DNA from: Macrostomum lignano
Lineage: Eukaryota
NCBI GenBank assembly: GCA_002269645.1
Contig: NIVC01001810.1
Coordinates: forward strand, 1-64,000
Direction of reading: 5' to 3'
Length of the DNA stretch: 64,000 bases
The translations under genes were made by a program, and so were the position numbers. Shown piece by piece: positions 23,406 through 41,900 of this stretch. The stretch's first letter is position 1. Each line of letters opens with the position of its first letter. Under the pieces are notes generated by a model. It was not told where the DNA came from, made no database searches, and was given only the letters and a program-made list of their open reading frames with translations.

Positions 23406-26400
23406 ATGTCGGTTGTTCAAAACAAGAAGCAACCGCCATCGACTGCATCCAAGCCAGACCAGACTCAGGCTAGTCATGGATGTTTCGAGCAGTTCAAGCA
23501 GTTACTTCTGCTGCTGCTCAAGCTCAAGGCGTGGCGCCTCGCGGCAATTTGTGTGCCCATCGCGTTAGCGGCATCAGCTTTGTTCGTCCTGCCCATAGTA
23601 GCCAAGACATTGCAGCGTGATGGCTTGGGCACTAGCAGAAATGGCAGCGACCATCTCCTGTTCTACGGCGCCTCCGACTTGGCGGCATCGAAGGCCAAGG
23701 TTCTGGTCGACCGCTCCAGCTTCCCCGCTGAGGCAGCTGCCGCTACAAGCATCGTGAAGAACGAAGGCGGAAATTCCAATTGGATGGAGGAGTGCGCGTC
23801 AGAGACCGACTGCAGAGAGCGGCTCATGTTTGATGAGAATGATGACGCAATCGTTGCGCTGATCCGCTACTCGAAAACACCTGACAAGTCGCGAAGTGTG
23901 TTGGAATGCCCCAAACTCAAAGGACCCAAGGTCGAAATCCGATGCGCTTTTCTGTATAAAGTAATGGTTCTGTCAATGCAGAAAACGCTGGGCGCCGAGA
24001 CTTTTAAAGAGATGCAAATCTACGAGCTGTTTGACAAGCGCTCTAACAAGAGCGGCAAGGTCGAGCGCTACGACAATAAAAATACGAAATCCTTGCCAAA
24101 CTCGGCTTGCGCGGACTGGATCAAAACGGGCCTCTATGAGCAAATAGCGTCACTAAGCGTACCCGTCTCAGTCAGCCTGTCAGCGATCGGAGTGAACTTC
24201 TACCTGCTCGTCTCCACTGTCTCCTGCATCCGCATGATCAAGACCGATGGCTTCCTGCAGCAGCTGTTTCGCAGCGGCCTGTCCGTGTCTGCCTATTGGC
24301 TGGTAATTTGGCTCGTCACTGCACTTGAGTGCCTCTTTTTCGCGGGCGTTTTCACAGCATCGAACGCGCTGGGGTGTTTGGGAGTCTTTCCAGCCTCAGC
24401 CATGGCTCGAGTCTTCATCTTATTCACACTGTTTTGCCTCAACCTGGCTGCCTTCATGCTGCTGCTGGAGCTGCTGCTGCCACCTCTGATGCTCGTGTCC
24501 ATAGTGACCATCGTGATGAGCATTGGCTTGCTCATCGCCAATCTGAGCAACGCTCTACTTCACGAGAGTGCGAAGTTTTTATTGCATGTTTTTTCGCCAC
24601 TGTTCGCCACCGAGTACATCATCAAGCTGTTCAACTCTGAGGTGAGGCGACAGTTCTCAGTAGCTGAGCTGAAGCATGAAGACGACTCTGAGCGACTCTC
24701 CCAGATTCTGACCTGGACAGCGATTGGGCTGCTGCTGTTTGCTCTGCTGCTGACTTATCTGGACTTCATGTTGAGCAGCGGCAATGGTCTTTGTCTATCA
24801 CCGCACTACCCGTTCATGCCCGACTTCTGGTGCCCGAAAGGCCACAAGGACCGCAGCGACTCCGCTCCGAGCGAAGGCCCAGAAGAGAAACTCGAGTCCC
24901 ACATTGAGCCGGTGATGGAACTGCCGCCCATCATTGCCGTCAAAGCCATCACAAAGACTTACAGAAACTGCTGCCTGTGCTGTCAGGACGCGACTGCTGT
25001 GCTAAAGAATTTATCATGTGAGTCTCATGCTAGCTGATCATTTCATCTTGATCACTGTATAAGCCCTTGTTTTGAGTCAGATAGTCTCAAGGTAAAGCAC
25101 AATGTAAAGCACACTAGCGAGGAGGGATCCTGCAATTTTAATATCATTGTAGAACAGTTACGATTTCTTGTTGGCAAATAATAACCGAATAACCGCACTG
25201 TTTGCGGTTTAATGCTGCCAAAAAGCAAATTGACCCATACCCAACGCATCGTCTTAGTACTCACCTGCTAGGCCTCAAAAGCTTCGAAATAAGTGAATAG
25301 GTCACGCAATTATTAGTATATTTGTAAGCGTGCACCTTTTGGAGTTGACGTTTACGGTGGTTATTGACCGTTGCTTTGTCCACTTGTACTCCTTGTGTAC
25401 TCTCTCTCTCTCTGTCGCCCCTCCCTCTCCCTCTCTCTGCCCCGTGAGCACCCCCTCCCCCGATCTAAGGCCGTCTCGCGTTGATTTAGCGAGAATATCC
25501 GCAGCGTTTGCAATTCTGAATAAAGACAGTACATCTTTTTCTCTGCACAAAATTAACTGATACAGTTCTTGACAGGCCGCTGTTTTTTCACCACCAAATG
25601 CAGGCACGATTTACCGAGGCCAGATCACGGCTCTCATCGGACACAACGGCGCTGGAAAGTCGACGCTCATCAGAATCCTCACAGGCGAGGAGCTGCCAGA
25701 CGAGGGAACGGCCCACATCGGCGGCTGTCTGGTGACGAACCCGCTGCTCCGTCTGTCGCTCAGAGGTCGGATCAGCACCTGTCCGCAGTTCGATGTCCTC
25801 TGCGACTCGCTCACTGTGATGGAGTGCATCCGAGTCACTCTGGTCAGCAGGGCGGCCAGCGACACCAGCCAGCTGAGAGAGCTCGCGGAATGTGCAGAGA
25901 CTCGGTCTGGAGACAAGGAGGATGTGCTGTCTTGCGACCTGAGCGGCGGCAGAAGAGAAGGTGAGCACGATCCTGACTCTGCTGGGCGACCCGGACGTTG
26001 TGTTTCTCGACGAGCCAACGAGCGGACTGGACCCGGTGTCGAGGCGGCAGCTGTGGCAGCTGCTGCAGGAGGAGAAGAGCGCCCGCTCCATCATCCTGTG
26101 CACGCAGTTCATGGACGAGGCGGACATCCTGGCGGACCGCAAGATCTTCCTGTGCGGCGGCAAGATCGTGTGCGCTGGGTCTTCGATGTTTCTGAAGCGA
26201 GCGTTCGGCTGCAGCTTCACGCTGAATGTGTCGCTGAAGTCCCAGTCAGACGCGGAGTCGCTGCTGGCCAAGCTGAAGCAGGTCCGATTAAAGAGCCGGG
26301 AGGAGACCGAGCTGCAGCTGGAGGTTCCCGCATTGAACTCGTCTGTTTTGACCGAGGCAGTTCAGGTTTTGGAGACCAGCAAAGAAGTCGAGACATTCGG

Positions 26401-29201
26401 TCTGTCTCAGGCTTCTCTCGATGACATTTTCATGAGGCTGGGCGGGATGGACTCCGACGAAGTCATCAAGGCATTTCGAGCGGGCACTTTGAAACTTCCT
26501 CAGCCTTCTGAATCAACCAATGTGGCAGTGGCTACAGCTGAGACAAAAAAGAGTTTGGATGAAGGGTTAAAGAGTGCAAAACAATTGAGAACGTCCATAT
26601 TCGTTCAGTTTGGCGCACTGTTGTCTACTAACCTCAAGCGGCAAGTGCGGGTCCGGTCAAACCTGGTGAGCAGATTTCTGGTGCCTGCCGCCCTGCTTGC
26701 GCTAATGGCTGCTAGTGCCTTGATATTAAAAGAAACCAAGGAGAAAAGAACGACCGACCCAAAGGACCATCAGATGGACATTCTGATCCGTCCAGCAGCG
26801 CCTCGGATGGACAGTAATGGCTTAAAGGAAATTCCGATCGCATGCGTCTCTGATGGAAAGGCGAACTCGATTTCCAAGAAGGACTGCAAAAGTCTAGTTA
26901 TTCCAGACGAAAGCAAGGCCAAGGCTCCGCCACCAATTGTGATAACAAAGTCCCCGTCCCAAAGCATAAAAGACTTCATGTCTCAGAGGTCAACCAGAGA
27001 TCAACTTTATAACCATCTGAAAGACATGAAGACATGGCGAATCCCGGCATGTGCTGTGTTCTACGCTTCACCCTGGCTCAAGAATGCGTCAAACAAAGAC
27101 CGGTCGGTCAGCATCGGGGTTTTCTACAGTGACGATCAATCAACAGTGCACGTTCACAGAAGAGCGCTGATCGAACTGTTGGCATATTTTGGAATGGCCG
27201 GATCCAAAAACACCACCGCTGTTGCTTTCCTTGAGCTGGCCAGCACGACTGTAGTTAAAACTGGGCTGCAACTGCCAGTGTTTTACCTCGTGTTCTCAAT
27301 GCTGTCAGTGTCATATCTGAGCGATCCGATCGAAGACATGAGCAGCCGAGTGCGCAGTTACCTGATAGCAACTGGCATGACCCACCTGGCCTACTGGGTC
27401 AACACATTCGTGATGCACTGGGTTCAGTACGCCATTTGCTACGTGATTGCTGTGGGGCTGTTAATGATTTGTGATACGTTCAGAGGGACATATCTTGTTT
27501 TGGCTGCGTTCTTGCCAGTCTTTCTACTCGGAACCGTGTCCAACCTGCTGACAATCTACACCATCGCTGTTCTCACAAGGACAAAAAACACCCTGGTCTC
27601 CACAGGCTGCATCCTGGCCGCCGTGTTTTTACCTGTCGCTATGATGCTAATTAACAGTTACTCCGTCATCATGAAAGTGCTAATCTGGACAGTTCCTCCA
27701 GCGGCTCCCCTTGGTCTGGTGTTCAGCTGCGCCAAATTATATTTCTTTAAGCTTGCCTACTATCAAAACAAAGACGGCTCTGAGCTGCCTGGCATGATTG
27801 ACAGTCTGTGGACGAATTCCGGCATCTTTCACTCTCTCATAGCGATGCCGGTGCACATCATTATCTTGCTGGGCATCATTTTTGCCGTGGAAGAAAGCGC
27901 CGCAATCAAAGAGGCCGTGTGCCACCGCGGAGCCCAGACCAAGCCTGACAAGCTCGATAGCGACATGGAAGACGGCGCAAAGAAAGAAGCAGAGCGGGTG
28001 CTGGCGGCTCCCAAGAGCTCCAAGAACGTGCTGGAGGTTCGACAGCTGCAAAAGATTTATCCGAACGGAGTCCACGCTGTGCGAGGCGTCACCTTCGGAG
28101 CGATGGCCGGCGAGATCTTCGGTCTGCTGGGCGCGAACGGAGCCGGCAAGTCCACCTCCATGTCGGTGATTGTCGGCGAGGAGGCCGCGACGGAGGGCGC
28201 CTGCGAGGTCCACGTGCAGGATGGTGCCTGGTTGTCCGGTCGGGAAGGAGCCACAGTCGGCGCCATCGGCTACTGCCCGCAGCACAACCCGCTGTTCAAC
28301 AGCATCACCGTGGCCGAGCACATCCGCTTCTACGCGGACATCCGCGGCCTGGACTCGATCGAGGCGGAACAACAGACGACCCGGCTGATGCAGAGCCTCG
28401 GCCTGTCGCAGCACAGCGACAAGCAGGCCGGCCAGCTGTCGGGCGGCAACAAGCGGCGTCTCTGCCTCGCCATCGCTCTGCTGGGCGATCCGGCGCTCAT
28501 CGTCATCGACGAGGCCTCGACCGGCGTAGATCCCGAGAACAAGCGCTTCATCTGGGGCGCCATCCGCCGCATGGTGCACAAGCAGAGGTCGGTCATGGTC
28601 ACGACTCACAGCATGGAGGAGGTCGAGGCTCTGTGCAGTCGGGTCGGCATCATGAACAAGGGCAGGATGATCTCGGTGGGCACCGTGCAGAATCTGCTTA
28701 GCCGGTGAGTCTGATCGTCTACATGTATTCTGACTGCTATCATAAGTTGATTTTTTAGAGGATGCGTCAAACTCCTAGTTTATTATGACAGCTGATTTTT
28801 CTCCTTTATGCCGTTAAGCTGAACGCTCTTGTTTATATTTATGTTCTGCTTACCACAGCCACGGAGACGCGTACACGCTGGAGCTGCTGCTGGATCCGGA
28901 GACTGGGTCAGCGATAAAGCAAAAGAGACTCGTGATAAAAAATGCGGTGTCGGAGCAGTTCAAGGGAGCGCAGACGCAGGACGACCTCGGCCTCGGCCTG
29001 GTCATGCAGTTCTCGGTGCCCAAGCCATCAGTGCGCAGGCTGTCGGATGCGCTGAGGTGGCTGGCGGCCAACCAGAGCCGTCTGAAGGTGAGCTACTGGG
29101 CCCTCTACCAGATGTCGCTGGACCAAGTGTTCGTGAAGCTGGTCAAAACGTACGACCGCTCGAGCCAGACACTTGGAGCGAAAACTGGCAGCACGGCCTA
29201 A
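23406..29201 (+). CDS. ABCA: ABCA-family full transporter, copy 3 (ABCA5-like). Exons 23406-25017, 25604-28704 and 28859-29201; about 1686 aa if five missing bases at 25874-25960 are restored.
   Basis: Same architecture and intron phases as copy 2 (GTGAGT at 25018 and 28705; AG at 25603 and 28858). The segment 25604-25960 is 357 nt versus 362 nt in copy 2; adding 5 nt gives 5061 nt = 1687 codons. Confidence 0.9.
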
Positions 29202-29567
29202 GGAATCAAGTCTTATCAGTGCAGAGGCGGGCCGCGAAACCACAAGCGTAACATTTTTGTCTGTACCCATGCCGTAGAAACTAACCTCTCATTCCTCAAT
29301 ATAATTATATTTATTTCTGTTAGTCTGCCACAACTGAAAATTTCTTTTGTATTCGTATGACTGTGCAAGTCTATATTACTGGCAACATTTCTAATACAAT
29401 ATAACGAACGTAAGTGTTTCTGGAACTCCTGCTAAAAACACGAAACGCTCTTAAAAGTTGAAACGCAACTTGTCTTCTCGAGTAGTAGCCTACAGTCTAT
29501 ATTAGTAGCAGCTAGCACAGCACCAAGAAGCCCAAAACAAGGCTGATAGCAACACTGTTGAAACAAA

Positions 29568-29903
29568 GCACCAGTGCACCACACTGACATTGCAGCACAG
29601 CACCAGTGCATCACACTGACATTGCAGCACAGCACCAGTGCATCACACTGACATTGCAGCACAGCACCAGTGCAGTGCATCACACTGACATTGCAGCACA
29701 GCACCAGTGCATCACACTGACATTGCAGCACAGCACCAGTGCATCACACTGACATTGCAGCACAGCACCAGTGCATCACACTGACATTGCAGCACAGCAC
29801 CAGTGCATCACACTGACATTGCAGCACAGCACCAGTGCATCACACTGACATTGCAGCACAGCACCAGTGCATCACACTGACATTGCAGTACAGCACCAGT
29901 GCA
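29568..29903. repeat. 32-bp minisatellite (CAGCACCAGTGCATCACACTGACATTGCAGCA), about 10.5 copies
   Basis: Direct reading. Confidence 0.92.
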
Positions 29904-30894
29904 AACTCAGATAAAGAATTGAGCACATGTGAGTCGCTCCTCACTTGGTATTGAGTCGTGGTCATATGTTTAAAAGAGAGACTTGGGGAATCGTCTTGTT
30001 TCGCAAAAAATTTATTTGTCTTCCCGTGCAGTTTATTACATTATACTCGCTACTAGAAGAGAATGTTTCGCTGTCAGAAATTGGAACAACCCCCAGCTAA
30101 GGCCAGTTCAAAATGGGAAAGTAAAAAACAAACTCGAAGCAGCCCCAAAGGCTCTGAACTGTCCGGTAAACAACAGATTCGATTCGCTACTCTCAATTGA
30201 AAACCGCGGGCTGTGAAAAGCAAGCAAAGCAAAAGCGTACATGTAAAAAAGTACAGGCGGGGAGGCTACGGTATGGATCGCAGAATCGTGCTGTCAGTCG
30301 CTAAAGTCTAACCTGACGGAGCGGCGTCAGAATCAGCCCGGATAAACAAATCGGGCCGGGGGGAGTGGAAAATCGATAAATTGATGCGGAATCGCGGCAG
30401 CCTACTGACAGTAGTGACATTCGGATTGTGAGTAGGCATTGACAGTTAGGGAGGCCCGTAGAGGGGCGGAAACGACTAGTCTGGGTCCTTCGAACCAATG
30501 CGGTCTTTGTCTGGTCTGTCCGGATCAATTCGGTCTTTGTTCTGTCCGGACCAATGCGGTCTTTGTCCGAGTGGACAAGCTCCAGTACTAGCTGTCCAGA
30601 CTATTTGCTTCCGCCCCTCCCCGACTCGGACAGGACAGAAAGGAACATAAATAGAAGCAGCAATGGCGAGACAAGAGAAAAATAACAGAGGCGGATGTAC
30701 GAGTAGAAACGGCTCAGCACAGGACAGTCACTCGCAGGCTGAGGCAGGAGCTGGGCGAGGGGCGCGCGCAACAGTTCATAAGTATTTGAAAATGAAAGTA
30801 AAAAACACAAGGAAAAAATGACGCAACAATTCCACACGCGGCTCGCTCGGGTCACCCTCGTCTTCCCCAACCAAAGCGGCGGCTGCGGCAGTTT

Positions 30895-38299
<7,405 letters not shown>

Positions 38300-38956
38300 A
38301 GTTTATTATTCGCCGAATAGGAAAAGTCCTGCCTGCCGCTTTGGTTGGGTCTGAGTTGGGGTTGCGCCAGAAGTAGTAGTAAGAACGTGAAAAAATGAAA
38401 AGAAAAACATAAATCGTATTATCTAATTTAACCAAAGTGTTTTAACAAAGTTGGACATTTATGCAGAAAGTTTCGGCCTGATATTCATTTTTTAACTACG
38501 TTTAAGTTTGTTAGAAACATTTTAGTATACTTTTGAGTAAAATACATAAGCTTGGTTTTTGATTCTGAGATAATTTGTTTTCTTCAATTTCTTCGAACTC
38601 GTAAAATCAGTTCTATAGACTATAGTGGCATAATCGTCGTCAGCTTATAGCTTAGTCTTCGTATTTTTTTCAATCCTATGTCGCTATTTCGGCTACAATA
38701 TTATTGCCAACGTTTTTCATTTTGCTAGTCCTTTATACTTTTATTGCTAAATAATAAAATATTGCTTCCTATCGCTGACATTGTGCTAGGATAGGATAAC
38801 AATTCAGATAGGAAGGATATATTCACGTTTTACAGTTGCAAAATTTAAGTAGAACTCCACACAAATATTTGAAGCAATAAACTCTGAATTTTTAATTTTA
38901 CAAGTTATTTAATTACCGCAAACCATACCGAAACTGATGTCATAAAAAATAAACAA
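38300..38956. promoter_or_regulatory. Putative bidirectional promoter and 5' UTR region between PP1 and P2X
   Basis: The two ATGs point away from each other, 657 bp apart. No specific promoter element was identified. Confidence 0.6.
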
Positions 38957-41900
38957 ATGACAATGAAAAGAAAGTTGAAGTCTGGTATTCATCATGGACT
39001 GGGATTATTTTTTGAGTATGAAACCTACAAGATTGTTCAGATCAACAGTATTAAAGTAGGGATTATTAACCGAGTTATTCAGTTAGCAATAATTTCGTAC
39101 ATTATTGGGTAAGTCTTGGAAAATTATAGTATGATTTTTAAACCAAAAGCTTCTTTGTATTATAGGAGCTATTTAGGATTTTTTTAAATGATATTTGATT
39201 GATTTGATTCGATTTTTTTAAATTTGTGCAAATATAAATATATTTTTGTAGGTGGGTAATTGTTTACAAGAAAGGCTACCAAGAGTTTGACAATGCTGTC
39301 AGTGGAGTTACCAGCAAAGTGAAAGGTGTTCAGTACACTAACTTCACTGGAAGCAGCATTGGGGCTCGCATTTGGGATGTTGCAGACTATGTTATCCCAC
39401 CTCAGGTGAGTTGCAGTTGTGTCTTGTTGAAAAATACCTAATCAGGATCCCTAGGGTTTAGGATTGAGATCCTAGGAATTTGCAATTGGGATCTCAAAGG
39501 GTTTGGGATTTGGATCCCTTAAGGGTTAGGGATTGGGATTCCTAAGGTTTGGAATTGGGATCCCTAAGGTTTGGGATTGGGTCTCTAAGGGTTTGGGATC
39601 GGGATCCCTATGGGTTTGGGATTGGGATCAGAATCGGGAATGGGTGGGATCTCTAAGAATTCGAGACCCCGGATGAACTACTTAAAGTACGCCTACACGC
39701 GCAGGAGAACAACGCCTTCTTCATCATGACTAACGCGGTGGTGACGGCGGACCAGCGCCAGGGCCGCTGCGACGAGGACCCATTGGTGGCGCCATGCTCA
39801 ACGGACTCCGACTGCCCGGCGGGGCTCGCACAGATGCTGGGCAGCGGCGTGAACACGGGCCGGTGCGTGAACTCCACTCAGCGGCCCGGCGTCCGCGCCT
39901 GCGAGGTGCTCGCCTGGTGCCCCGTGGAGGTGGACCGGCTGCCAGCGGCGAGCCTCCTGCCCAACGTTGCCAACTTCACCGTGCTGATTAAAAACAGCAT
40001 CGAGTTCCCCAAGTTCAAAGTCAAAAGGTGCGTGCGGGACTCCCGGTGTGGTCCATTCAGCCATTTCACCTGCTGTTGCGGCCTAACCGACGTTACCCAC
40101 TCACCCCCTTCAGTGACCGCCGCTACCCACTCACCCCCTTCAGTGACCGCCGCTACCCACTCACCCCCTTCAGTGACCGCCGCTACCCACTCACCCCCCT
40201 TCAGACCGCCGCTACCCACTCACCCCCCTTCAGTGACCGCCGCTACCCACTCACCCCCTTCAGTGACTGCCGCTACCCACTCACCCCCCTTCAGTGACCG
40301 CCGCTACCCACTCACGCCTTCAGTGACCGCCGCTACGCACTCACCCCCCTTCAGTGACCGCCGTTACCCACTCACCCCTTCAGACCGCCGCTACCCACTC
40401 ACCCCCTTCAGTGACTGCCGCTACCCACTCACCCCCCTTCAGTGACCGCCGCTACCCACTCACGCCTTCAGTGACCGCCGCTACGCACTCACCCCCCTTC
40501 AGTGACCGCCGTTACCCACTCACCCCCCTTCAGACCGCCTCTACCCACTCGCCCCCCCCCTTCAGTGACCGCTGCTACCCACTCACCCCCCTTCAGACCG
40601 CCGCTACCCACTCACCCCCTTCAGTGACCGCCGCTACCCACTCACCCCTTCAGTGACCGCCGCTACCCACTCACCCCTTCAGTGACCGCCGCTACCCACT
40701 CACCCCTTCAGACCGCCGCTACCCACTCACCCCCCTTCAGTGACCGCCGCTACCCACTCACGCCTTCAGTGACCGCCGCTACGCACTCACCCCCCTTCAG
40801 TGACCGCCGTTACCCACTCACCCCTTCAGTGACCGCCGCTACCCACTCACCCCCCTTCAGTGACCGCCGCTATCCACTCACCCCCCTTCAGACCGCCTCT
40901 ACCCACTCACCCCCCCTTCAGTGACCGCTGCTACCCACTCACCCCCCTTCAGACCGCCGCTACCCACTCACCCCCTTCAGTGACCGCCGCTACCCACTCA
41001 CCCCTTCAGTGACCGCCGCTACCCACTCACCCCTTCAGTGACCGCCGCTACCCACTCACCCCTTCAGTGACCGCCACTACCCACTCACTTTCACATTCTT
41101 TGTTTTATCATTAAGTAGCTTTGAGTAATTTTTAGTGAGGCCAGACTCATTATTGTTTTGTCGAGGCCTTGTCAGAGCTGTCGGGCAGACCAAACGCCCC
41201 CCTTCCCAACCGCCACTCTCCAATGCCGCAACCGCCAGGCGCAACATTGCGTCCGGGATGCCAGAGGAGGACTACTTGCGCTTCTGCAGGTGGCGGCCGG
41301 ACCACCCGCTGCTGAAATTCTGTCCCATCTTTACCGTTCGGGACATGCTCAGACATGCCAAAGTTTCGGATAATATCTTTATTAAAGTACATGCTGCACT
41401 ATTTTTGAAGTTTTACTAGCCAAGATTCTAGGTGCTTGCTTTTTTATTACTGTAGGAGTTTTGGTTCTGCAAGTCGGGTGTGAGCTTCTCCGGTGTTTCC
41501 TGGAAACATGATTTTCCTACTTGATCTGTGCTGTGCTTTTTTCTCTTGTTGAGCTTTATTTTTTAAGGTATGCGTTTCGGCCATTCTGCCTATTTCGCTG
41601 ACTCCTGAGTACACGCCGCACTCACACACGCTCACACAGGGTGTACATCGGTCCTGACTTTCTAATCGTCGGGCATGTACACTTTCTGTGCCTTGGGGGG
41701 TGTGGCCCTCATGGCTGTGAATTGCAGACGACAACCCCCCGGGGCCAATTTTCGTTCACAAGCCCAAAAAATGAATGTGTTCACGAACGGAATAGAGTCA
41801 GGGGTCGCTGAGGGGCTAAGGTTTCAAGCCGATTTAAGATTCTTTCTAGCTTATATTGCGAGCTAGAAGACGTTACTATAACTCGCTTACTGACAAGTAG

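Noticed and set aside
568-28609. Antisense ORFs of 95-290 aa overlapping the ABCA ATPase domains
   Set aside because: These are expected shadows of GC3-rich coding sequence and recur only because the paralogous tracts are near-identical.
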